IMG/VR virus record: IMGVR_UViG_3300046710_000196
Location: 1-40,252 of that record
Reading direction: 5' to 3' (one strand)
Origin: a virus
DNA length: 40,252 bases
Shown here one piece after another: positions 32,754 through 40,252 of this stretch. Every line of letters begins with the position of its first letter. The first letter of the stretch is position 1. Position numbers and translations under genes: made by a program. The notes beneath the pieces were generated by a model that was not told the origin of the DNA, searched no databases, and saw only the letters and a program-made list of their open reading frames with translations.

Positions 32754-34049
32754 ATGAACCTGAAAAAGTATTTTGACGCCGTTAACACGGCCGAGGCGCG
32801 GGTTCAAGAAATCGCCGCGCAAATCGATGAGCACTTCGAGGCCGATGAAACCGAGAAGGCGCTCGAACTGAAACCGCAGCTCGATGAGGCCAAGGCGAAA
32901 GCCAAGGCTGCCAGCGAGCTGTACCTATCCATGCTGAACGCCAACTTCGGCGGCGCCGATCCGGCGCAGCGGTTTGGGCCAGTGGGCGGGACCGTTCAGG
33001 TCATACTGGACGAAGCCGACCAGCCGTTCTCCAAGGGTGAGTTCTTCATGGCCGTCAAGAACGCTGCGTTATACCCAGGGCGTGAAGATCCACGCCTGCG
33101 ACCCTTAAAGGTCAGGGATGCAACCGGCACGAGCGAAGGTGTGCCGGCGGAAGGCGGATATCTCCTTCAACCCTCAGTGGCGCCTGGCATCCTGGAGCGC
33201 ATGTATACCACCGGTCAAATCCTTAAGCGGATTGCCAAAGATCCAATTGGGGCCAACTCGAACTCGATGGCCTACAACGGCGTGGATGAGACCAGCCGGG
33301 CAGACGGATCTCGCCACGGTGGGATCCTGGGCTACTGGCTGTCCGAGGGTGGAACGAAAATAGCTACAAAGCCAAAGTTCTACCAGTTCGATCTGAAGCT
33401 CAAGAAAGTGGCTGCGTTGTGCTATGCCACCGATGAGCAGCTGATGGATACAACCAACCTGGAATCCTGGTTATCGCGGGTGGTCCCCGAAGAGCTGCGC
33501 TTTATGGCCGAGGATGCCATTTACGAAGGCAATGGGGTGGGGAAACCCTTAGGATTCTTACTCAGCCCCTGCCTGATCTCTGTGCTGCGCCAGACTCTCG
33601 CAACCGTCAGCTACATCGACATCGTCAACATGTGGTCTCGGCGCTGGGCAGGTGAGTCGGATTACGTCTGGTTGATCAACCAGGACGTCACCCCGCAGCT
33701 CGACCAACTCTACCTGACATCGACCTTGCCGGTTCCGCCCAATTTCGTCACCTATGGCGCCGACGGCGTCATGCGCATGAAGGGTAAAGAGGTCATCGAG
33801 GTCGAATATGCCCAAACGATGGGAACGGTGGGCGATATCGTGCTGGCGTCTTTGAGCCAGTACCAGGCCATCACCAAGGGCGATGTGCAAACTGCCAGCT
33901 CCATTCACGTGGCGTTTGTCACAGATGAAACTGCTTTCCGCTTCATCTACCGGATTGACGGCCAGCCCTCCTGGGGCTCCGCGGTAACCCCGCTGCATGG
34001 ATCAAACACCCAATCGCCATTCGTGGCATTGGCGACAGCGACCGCCTGA
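32754..34049 (+). CDS. Major capsid protein (HK97-like, with an N-terminal coiled-coil delta/scaffold region)
   Basis: This 431-aa ORF follows the protease. The N-terminus AEARVQEIAAQIDEHFEADETEKALELKPQLDEAKAKAKAASELY is scaffold-like. Confidence 0.8.
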   Translation: MNLKKYFDAVNTAEARVQEIAAQIDEHFEADETEKALELKPQLDEAKAKAKAASELYLSMLNANFGGADPAQRFGPVGGTVQVILDEADQPFSKGEFFMAVKNAALYPGREDPRLRPLKVRDATGTSEGVPAEGGYLLQPSVAPGILERMYTTGQILKRIAKDPIGANSNSMAYNGVDETSRADGSRHGGILGYWLSEGGTKIATKPKFYQFDLKLKKVAALCYATDEQLMDTTNLESWLSRVVPEELRFMAEDAIYEGNGVGKPLGFLLSPCLISVLRQTLATVSYIDIVNMWSRRWAGESDYVWLINQDVTPQLDQLYLTSTLPVPPNFVTYGADGVMRMKGKEVIEVEYAQTMGTVGDIVLASLSQYQAITKGDVQTASSIHVAFVTDETAFRFIYRIDGQPSWGSAVTPLHGSNTQSPFVALATATA

Positions 34050-34112
34050 TAGGATCGGGGCGCCGTCAATTGAAGTTCTAAGATCAAGCCTTCGGGCGAA
34101 AGGATCAATAAA

Positions 34113-34616
34113 ATGGGAAATACTTTTGTTGCGTACGAAAACGTTTTTCCGATGCTGGCCCCTGTGGATATTGCGGGAACCGCCCAGGCAACGCCATATA
34201 TGGACCTTAAAGCTGCACAGGACGTGATGCTTTATGTCTATGTTGGCGGAATCACAACGGCCTCCGCGGATCAGACTGCCGGCCCTGTGATCACCATCGA
34301 GGCCGCAACCGGCGGCGCCTCTGCCTCAAATGAGGTCAACGTCGAGTTCGATTACCGCCTGAGTGCGGCTACCGGAACCAATACCTGGGCCGCGATTGCA
34401 TCTGCGTCGGCAGGCCTGGATCTGACCGTCACCGGCGATGGCAAGATGGTAGCAATCCACATCGATCCGTCAAAAGTGGCGGAAGCGTTGGCCGATGCTC
34501 GTTTTGTACGGGCCGTGATCACTCCTGGAACCGGCGGGGCAACCTGCCTGGTTAGCGCCTGGGCCGCGATTACCCCGCGCTACCGGATGACCACGATGGT
34601 CAGCGCGGCAACCTAA
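34113..34616 (+). CDS. Ala/Thr/Ser-rich head-associated protein (possible decoration protein)
   Basis: This 167-aa ORF follows the capsid gene. The call rests on position only. Confidence 0.4.
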   Translation: MGNTFVAYENVFPMLAPVDIAGTAQATPYMDLKAAQDVMLYVYVGGITTASADQTAGPVITIEAATGGASASNEVNVEFDYRLSAATGTNTWAAIASASAGLDLTVTGDGKMVAIHIDPSKVAEALADARFVRAVITPGTGGATCLVSAWAAITPRYRMTTMVSAAT

Positions 34617-34636
34617 CATATCGTTTCTGCCTGAAT

Positions 34637-34668
34637 GGGCCGGGAGGTCTTCTCCTTCCTCCCGGCCC
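34637..34668 (+). other. Strong 11-bp hairpin without a U tract
   Basis: gggccgggagg (34637-47) pairs with cctcccggccc (34658-68), with a 10-nt loop. It is followed directly by RBS aggag and ATG 34682. Confidence 0.7.
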
Positions 34669-34681
34669 AGGAGAGTAAGCG

Positions 34682-35521
34682 ATGCGAGTCGGAAACAATC
34701 CTATGAGAGCTGCACAGGCGCCCGGCCATGTTCCTGAACTGGTGACCGGGGTTATCACCTATTTGCCGGACCGGCATGGTTATCATGCCACCCGCCTGGA
34801 GGTGGTCCAGGCCTGCCTGGGGAGTATGCGCAAAGGGGCGCCAGGCGCTGCGGTTCTGGTGTGGGATAACGGCAGCGGCAAAGAATTACGGGATTGGCTG
34901 GTGAATGATTACAAGCCGGACTACCTGGTGCTGTCCCCAAATATCGGCAAGCAGTCGGCCAGGGCAGCGATCGTAGGCATGTTTCCGCCGAAAACCATCA
35001 TCGGAGTCTCGGATGACGATATGCTGTTTTATCCGGGATGGTTGGAGGCGCATTTACGGCTGCTGAAAGGCTTCCCGAACGTCGGGATGGTATCCGGCTG
35101 GCCCGTTAGAGCCTCGTTTGGATGGGCCACAGACCATACAGTCAAATGGGGCGAGGTAAACGGAGAGATCCGGCGCGGGCGGTTTATATCCGACGACGAA
35201 GAGCGGGATTATGCGCTCTCGGTTGGGCTCGTTCCGTCAGAACATCTGCGGCGGTTCAAGGACCGCAAGGATATCCAGGTGGAGTATCAAAGCCTGACCG
35301 CGTATGCTACCGCTCAACACTGCCAGTTTTTGTGTTATGCGGGAATGATCGCAGCCTTGTGTAAATGGGAAGGAGCGGCAATGGGCGACGAGAAACCGTT
35401 CGACTGTGGAATGGACGAGGCTGGCCTACTGCGGCTGACCACAATCGAGCGGACCACGCGCCACATGGGGAATGTGGTTGACGACCGCCTGCGGGCGGAA
35501 CTGAAAGGCATGGAACTATGA
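34682..35521 (+). CDS. Family-2-like glycosyltransferase
   Basis: The GT-A pattern is VITYLPDR...LVWDNGSGKE...GVSDDDMLFYPGW (DxD). Confidence 0.65.
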   Translation: MRVGNNPMRAAQAPGHVPELVTGVITYLPDRHGYHATRLEVVQACLGSMRKGAPGAAVLVWDNGSGKELRDWLVNDYKPDYLVLSPNIGKQSARAAIVGMFPPKTIIGVSDDDMLFYPGWLEAHLRLLKGFPNVGMVSGWPVRASFGWATDHTVKWGEVNGEIRRGRFISDDEERDYALSVGLVPSEHLRRFKDRKDIQVEYQSLTAYATAQHCQFLCYAGMIAALCKWEGAAMGDEKPFDCGMDEAGLLRLTTIERTTRHMGNVVDDRLRAELKGMEL

Positions 35522-36021
35522 AAAAATGGTTTGAGCCATCTACACCTGAAGAGATGCCCAGCGAGCCCTGGCTGAACAAGGCGGCGCTGGCCTACCTGGC
35601 AACGATCACGCTGCCGACGAGCAATGTATTGGAGCATGGATCGGGCGGATCCACCCTATGGTTCGCGAAAAATGCCGGACATGTGACCTCCATCGAATCG
35701 GACCCGGAATGGTACAAGGAGGTGCTGCGCAGGAAGACGGGCGCCCACCTGGTTCTATGGGATCAGCGTAGCCTGCCGAAACTGGATCCACCTTACGACC
35801 TGCTGCTCATCGACGGGGAGCCGGTGGAGAATCGCATCCTTTACCTTAAAGAGGCCCGCAGGCTGGTGAAGCCCGGCGGGTGGGTAGTGCTGGATAACTG
35901 CAACCGGCCCGAATATGCCGAGGAGAGAGCATTTTTGCAGAAACTAGCGGAGCAGTCCACCATCTTCAGCACGCGGATTGGGCTGTATCTCAATACCGAG
36001 TTCTTCCGGTTGAGACTATGA
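35518..36021 (+). CDS. Class I SAM-dependent methyltransferase
   Basis: Motif I is VLEHGSGGSTLWFA. Acidic post-I residues are TSIESD and LLLIDGEP. Confidence 0.65.
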   Translation: MKKWFEPSTPEEMPSEPWLNKAALAYLATITLPTSNVLEHGSGGSTLWFAKNAGHVTSIESDPEWYKEVLRRKTGAHLVLWDQRSLPKLDPPYDLLLIDGEPVENRILYLKEARRLVKPGGWVVLDNCNRPEYAEERAFLQKLAEQSTIFSTRIGLYLNTEFFRLRL

Positions 36022-37097
36022 AAAAATTAGCGATCGTTGGCACGCATACCCGCACACGCGAACAGGCGCCGTTCGATGATCCGGAATATGAAATTTGGGT
36101 CTTCAACGAAGCTCCGCAGCAAGCCTGGTGCAAGCGCTGGGACTGCTGCTTTCAGCTGCACAAGCCCGAGGTGTACCGCTCGCCGAATAACTTCGTGCGA
36201 GCCGATCACTGGGATTGGCTGCAAGAGCAGCACGGCGCACGCCGGATTTACATGCAGGAATTTGACGACCGCGTGCCGAACAGTGAACGGTATCCGCTCG
36301 AGGAGATCATTGCAAGCATCCCAGGCGCACAACTGCGCTGGTTCAAGTCCACGCCGGCCTATGCCCTGGCCCTGGCGCTGTATCTTGGTTATGAACACAT
36401 TGCCCTTTATGGCCTGGACATGTCGTCCAATACGGAATACGGCTACCAGCTTCCTAACTACCAGTTCTGGGTGGGAATCGCCTACGGGTTGGGCCTATCG
36501 ATCGAGATGCTCTCCAACGAGAGCTATTTCACCGGCTCGCTGTATGCCTACGAGGGCGAGGTGCAGATCGACCGGAGCCATTTTGCCGAACGGGCAGGGG
36601 ATCTGGTAGGGACACGGAAACGCTCCGCCTGGCAAAGCGCCAAGGTTCGCAACCGCCTCGAAGATGCGATTGCAAATTCGAAGTTCGACAAGGTTTGTGA
36701 CCTGATCGCCGAGTGCCAGGAAGCGATCCTTCACGCCGGCGAAGCCGCAGGCGCTCTGGATGAGGCGAAAAGATATATGGGGCGGGATGACCCGATCCCA
36801 CGCCAGGAGTACGAGCGAACAGCGGCCCAGGCGCAGAAGGATGCAGAAGAGGCGCGTAAAGAAATGTGGATCGCTCACGGCGAGACACAATATGTCTGGA
36901 ATATTTGGAGACAGACCGGAAATCCACAGGCGCGCGAGCAGCTCAAGACCTTCAGTAAGAAGCAGCTTAAAGCTGCCGAGGACTGCGGGATCCGCTCCGG
37001 GATCATGCATGAAAACATGGACTACATGGTGTACGTCAATGACTTAATTACCGCAGCGGGCGGTCCTAAAACGCTGGCGGCACTGGGGGTGATATGA
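36018..37097 (+). CDS. Hypothetical Rossmann-like protein, possibly a second sugar-modifying enzyme
   Basis: The N-terminus is KKLAIVGTHTR...EIWVFNE. IALYGLDMS resembles nucleotide-sugar enzyme folds. The assignment is weak. Confidence 0.3.
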   Translation: MKKLAIVGTHTRTREQAPFDDPEYEIWVFNEAPQQAWCKRWDCCFQLHKPEVYRSPNNFVRADHWDWLQEQHGARRIYMQEFDDRVPNSERYPLEEIIASIPGAQLRWFKSTPAYALALALYLGYEHIALYGLDMSSNTEYGYQLPNYQFWVGIAYGLGLSIEMLSNESYFTGSLYAYEGEVQIDRSHFAERAGDLVGTRKRSAWQSAKVRNRLEDAIANSKFDKVCDLIAECQEAILHAGEAAGALDEAKRYMGRDDPIPRQEYERTAAQAQKDAEEARKEMWIAHGETQYVWNIWRQTGNPQAREQLKTFSKKQLKAAEDCGIRSGIMHENMDYMVYVNDLITAAGGPKTLAALGVI

Positions 37098-37900
37098 GCG
37101 ATCCAATTCGGGCAGGACTGGCGCATCTGACGGCCTTCGTGATGGTGGCCAGCAACGGAACCGTGGTCACCGGACTCGGGACCGCTATAGTCGTATCCGT
37201 TTCCAAAAACGGCGCGGCCTTTGTGGCCGGAGCTGGAACAAAAACTGAGATCGGCAGCGGTTGGTATACCTATGAGCTGACCGCTGCCGAGACCGACACG
37301 GTTGGACCGCTGGCCGTAAAGGTCACCGGAGCCGGCGCGGTCCAGCAAAACCTGCTGTTCCAGGTCGACTGGGCGGCTTATGCTGCCCCGGCCGGCACGT
37401 ATATCTTGACGGCCACAGAAGCCTCAGACGTGCTGCGCTGCGCCATCGATGACCCGAATATGCTGATGCTCCTGCCGCAGGTGGATGCCTATATTCTCAA
37501 CGCCACCGGGCGGGATTGGGCGGCTGATACGACTATCAACCCGGTGGCCAAGGGCGCGGCCCGGATGCTGCTGGTGAAATGGCATGAGGATCCGGGGATG
37601 AACGCCACCCAGGCAGCCTCGCTGGCTTTCGGCCTGACAGCCTGCCTGGTCCAGCTCGAAGCGCTGGCGCTGCGCTACAAGCAGTTCCAGGGCCGGGATG
37701 GGGCCGGATCCTGCTGCCTGATGGGGGCCCATTTTGGCGATACGGTTTCGACCCTGGTGGGCCTGGTCGGTGAGACCGGAGACCAATCGGCCGATTTTGA
37801 GGAGGTGATCACGATCAATAACACTATCCAACAAACATCGACCGATGACCTATCGGAGAACTGGTACCGGGCCTACCTGTTACCGGTGAGCAGCCTATGA
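37094..37900 (+). CDS. Head-tail connector (gp6-like C-terminal domain) with an extra N-terminal domain
   Basis: The C-terminal part is ILTATEASDVLRCAIDDPNMLMLLPQVDAYILNATGRDW...ARMLLVKWHEDPG. It sits at the start of the connector gene set. Confidence 0.55.
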   Translation: MSDPIRAGLAHLTAFVMVASNGTVVTGLGTAIVVSVSKNGAAFVAGAGTKTEIGSGWYTYELTAAETDTVGPLAVKVTGAGAVQQNLLFQVDWAAYAAPAGTYILTATEASDVLRCAIDDPNMLMLLPQVDAYILNATGRDWAADTTINPVAKGAARMLLVKWHEDPGMNATQAASLAFGLTACLVQLEALALRYKQFQGRDGAGSCCLMGAHFGDTVSTLVGLVGETGDQSADFEEVITINNTIQQTSTDDLSENWYRAYLLPVSSL

Positions 37901-38241
37901 ACCTGAATGGGACGGTCACCAACCCGGGCGAGCTGAGAACGCCAATCACGCTTCAGAGCCGGAGCGTATCTGAGGGAGCGGGCGGCTTCGAGACTGAAGG
38001 CTGGGTGACGATTGCGGCGGTCTACTCCAAATGGGTCAACGTGCACGGATCCGAGGCCTGGGTTGCGGCGACCAATAACGCCCTGGAGGCTGCCACTGTC
38101 ACGATCCGCTACCGGGATGATGTGGACCTGACCTGCGCGGTGCTGCTCGGGTCTGAGCGCTATGAGATTGTGAGCATTGACAACGTCCGCCATCGCAATG
38201 AATATTTGGAGCTTAAACTCCAGCGGATGACGGAGGCTTAA
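37897..38241 (+). CDS. Head-tail adaptor / head closure protein
   Basis: 114 aa. The pattern PGELRTPITLQ...GGFETEGWVTIAAVYSKWVNVHGSEAW...TVTIRYRDDV...RYEIVSIDNV is typical of phage head-tail joining proteins. Confidence 0.65.
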   Translation: MNLNGTVTNPGELRTPITLQSRSVSEGAGGFETEGWVTIAAVYSKWVNVHGSEAWVAATNNALEAATVTIRYRDDVDLTCAVLLGSERYEIVSIDNVRHRNEYLELKLQRMTEA

Positions 38242-38636
38242 TGTCGATCAAGACGCGGCTTACCACTTCGGGATTTTCTGAATACCTAGAAAAGATCGTC
38301 AAGGCCGGCCAGGACATCGATGCGATTGCGGATGAAGCCCTTGCAGCCGGCGGGTCAGTGCTGGTGGAGGGCATGCACCGGCGGGTACCCAAGGACACCG
38401 GGAATCTTGACGCGCACCTGGCGGTTTCCGCGCCTCAGCAGGATGGCAACTTCCATTTTATCGAAGTGGGCCTGCTGCATGGAACGGATGCAAATACCGC
38501 CCGGTACGGCGCCGCCCAGGAGTTCGGAACGTCGCATACGCCGGCGCAACCTTATATCCGTCCAACGATGGACGAAGATATGCGCAAAGCGCGGGGAGAC
38601 ATGAAAGAGGTTTTTGTGGCGAAAGGTGCTTTATGA
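38241..38636 (+). CDS. HK97 gp10-like tail-completion protein
   Basis: Motifs are GNLDAHLAV and ARYGAAQEFGTSHTPAQPYIRPTMDE. Confidence 0.65.
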   Translation: MSIKTRLTTSGFSEYLEKIVKAGQDIDAIADEALAAGGSVLVEGMHRRVPKDTGNLDAHLAVSAPQQDGNFHFIEVGLLHGTDANTARYGAAQEFGTSHTPAQPYIRPTMDEDMRKARGDMKEVFVAKGAL

Positions 38637-38983
38637 CCTCGATCTGGGAGCGGACGGCATCAGCCCTGACCGGACTGAGCATCCCGATGGCAGACAACAT
38701 CAAGCTGGTAGCCACCGGTTCAGCGCTGCCCGATCGGTTCATGGTCTACAGCCTGGTCTCCAGCCCGCCGGAGCAGTGGGCGGATGACGAGGAAACCCTG
38801 CGTTCGTATCGGATGCAGGTCTCGATTTATGATCGCAGCGGGCTGGCGGCGCTTCCGGATGTAGCGGCAAGCATGATAGCGGCAGGTTTCGGGCGCGGTC
38901 CGATCCGCGAGTTACCTTACGACCAGGCGACGAGGCATTTTGGCCTTGCGATGGAATTTATATTCATGGAAGATCAAGTTTGA
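38633..38983 (+). CDS. Tail terminator-like protein
   Basis: This 116-aa ORF lies immediately upstream of the major tail protein. The call rests on position only. Confidence 0.45.
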   Translation: MTSIWERTASALTGLSIPMADNIKLVATGSALPDRFMVYSLVSSPPEQWADDEETLRSYRMQVSIYDRSGLAALPDVAASMIAAGFGRGPIRELPYDQATRHFGLAMEFIFMEDQV

Positions 38984-38999
38984 AAAAGGAGTAACCCCT

Positions 39000-39932
39000 A
39001 TGAGTCCATTAAGTATCAATGCAGGCGAGTACAAATCCACAATTGGGTTGGATAACCTCTATATCGCCGAAGTAACTTCCGATGACGCGAGCGCCTATGT
39101 AGCCGGCACGCCGGAACGCCTGGCGCCGGCTGCCAATGCGGTCCACGAGCCATCGGTCACCAACCAGATCCAATGGGCGGACGACCAGCCTTATGACGTT
39201 CTGTCGGCGCAGGGAGAGACCAAGATCACCCTGACGATCACCGGCCTGCCGGCTGAAATGCTGGCCTGGATCACCGGCGCGACGTTCGACGATACGACCG
39301 GGCGAGTGTTCGACAATGCCAACCCGGCCCTGGCGCCGTACTTTGCGCTGATGTTCCGCAGCCAGAAGTCGAACGGGTCCTACCGCTACTACTGCTACCT
39401 GAAAGGGAAATTCAGCCCGCCCAAAGAGGAATCGGCGACCAAGACCGACAAACCCGATCCAAAATCGACCCAGGTGGAATTTGTGGCGATCAAGACTGTC
39501 TACGAGTTCAGCCTGGGCGGCGGCTTGACCGACTCCGTCAAGCGGGTATGGGGCGATGAGGATACCGATGCCTTTGTAGCGACCGGCTGGTTCGTCCAGG
39601 TCCAGACGCCGGAAACGACCTCGGTTTCAGCTCTGGCGCTCTCATCGAGCGTCCCGACCGATCCGGGCACGAACATCGTGGTGAGCGCCGATCTGAGCCT
39701 GACCTTCAACAACGCTCTGGTGAGCGCCGCCGTGCATGGGGTTGCGCTCTACCTTGTTTCAGATGGGTCGCTGGTTGCAGGAACGATCGTCCTGGATACT
39801 GCCAAAAAGGTGATCACGATCAATCCGACCGCAAGCCTCACCGCGGGGGTTGCCTACCTGTTGACCTATGCGGTCACGGACATCTACGGCCAGACCCTGC
39901 GCGGCGCGGTCAACCTGGCTACGGCAGCCTAA
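39000..39932 (+). CDS. Major tail protein with a C-terminal Ig-like domain
   Basis: RBS aaaaggag precedes ATG 39000. The C-terminal ~90 aa (SALALSSSVPTDPGTNIVVSADLSLTFNNAL...VITINPTASLTAGVAYLLTYAVTDIYGQTL) look like a bacterial Ig-like domain. Confidence 0.7.
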   Translation: MSPLSINAGEYKSTIGLDNLYIAEVTSDDASAYVAGTPERLAPAANAVHEPSVTNQIQWADDQPYDVLSAQGETKITLTITGLPAEMLAWITGATFDDTTGRVFDNANPALAPYFALMFRSQKSNGSYRYYCYLKGKFSPPKEESATKTDKPDPKSTQVEFVAIKTVYEFSLGGGLTDSVKRVWGDEDTDAFVATGWFVQVQTPETTSVSALALSSSVPTDPGTNIVVSADLSLTFNNALVSAAVHGVALYLVSDGSLVAGTIVLDTAKKVITINPTASLTAGVAYLLTYAVTDIYGQTLRGAVNLATAA

Positions 39933-39977
39933 GTAAGCTAGGCAGGTTAGCCGAAGTCATTTTCAGCTATACAAAAT

Positions 39978-40020
39978 CTCCCCGGCCAGCCCTCTTAAAT
40001 GCGAGGGTCAGGCCGGGGAG
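39978..40020 (+). other. Long bipartite hairpin between the major tail and chaperone genes
   Basis: The outer 10 bp pair ctccccggcc (39978-87) with ggccggggag (40011-20). The inner 5 bp pair ccctc with gaggg. No U tract follows; the next RBS follows directly. Confidence 0.7.
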
Positions 40021-40034
40021 AGAAAGGATTGAGT

Positions 40035-40252
40035 ATGCCATTGAGCACGCCGATATCGATCACGCTGTACGATAAGAAATCGGGCGAGGTTGTAAAAACC
40101 TACAGCCGGGTGTTCATACCGTGGAAAATCCTTAAATCGGCCACGAAGCTGATCAAAGAGATTAACTCCGGCGGCCTGAGCGAAGAACTTTTCGACGAGA
40201 TGGCCGGGCTGGTGGCAGAGACATTCGGGAACCAGTTCTCAGCCGAGGAACT
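40035..40252 (+). CDS. Tail assembly chaperone (gpG-like), 5' part; continues at 128..266 of the circular unit
   Basis: ATG 40035 with RBS gagaaagga. The reading frame continues through the terminal repeat into 1..266. Confidence 0.8.
   Translation, partial: MPLSTPISITLYDKKSGEVVKTYSRVFIPWKILKSATKLIKEINSGGLSEELFDEMAGLVAETFGNQFSAEE
40126..40252. repeat. Terminal direct repeat, copy 2 (identical to 1..127)
   Basis: Compared base by base with 1..127. Confidence 0.95.

Noticed and set aside
1-40252. Search for CRISPR arrays, reverse transcriptase/DGR template-variable repeat pairs, transposases and IS ends
   Set aside because: I saw no regularly spaced short repeats, no RT-like or transposase-like ORF, and no long near-identical repeat pair other than the terminal overlap and the short repeats reported above.

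Overview
The window is one complete, circularly closing genome of a temperate tailed phage or prophage-like element with an HK97-type morphogenesis module. Unit length is 40125 bp, and bases 1..127 recur exactly at 40126..40252. Layout: (i) A tail module wraps the contig junction: major tail protein 39000..39932, a chaperone pair with a -1 slippery site, tape measure, Dit-like protein, two large distal tail proteins and a GH25-like endolysin ending at 8979. (ii) A minus-strand lysogeny/accessory block spans 9081..14270: a three-gene operon behind a consensus promoter, a large serine recombinase, a zinc-ribbon membrane protein, a DEDD exonuclease-BRCT fusion and an XRE repressor. (iii) A plus-strand early block spans 14393..27022: an RHH Cro-like protein, small ORFs, an antisense tRNA-Val(CAC)-like gene, a tyrosine recombinase, a ~650-nt ORF-free structured region, two ParB-like proteins, a ubiquitin-like/E2-like/JAB/E1-like cassette, a replication initiator with an embedded iteron/AT-rich origin, and a LuxR-type regulator. 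(iv) A packaging/head module spans 27105..38983: membrane proteins, HNH, terS, terL, portal, ClpP-like protease, capsid, a glycosyltransferase/methyltransferase insertion, and connectors. The most noteworthy feature is a phage-borne PRTRC-type (ParB-related, ThiF-related) ubiquitin-like conjugation cassette whose Ubl carries a C-terminal extension after its GTKG motif. Other points of interest are the large structured non-coding region just upstream of that cassette, a tail protein ending in a metallophosphoesterase domain, a virion-glycosylation-like gene trio inside the structural operon, and the co-occurrence of serine and tyrosine recombinases with orphan ParB proteins. All functional calls come from motif reading of the supplied translations. 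No database search was possible.
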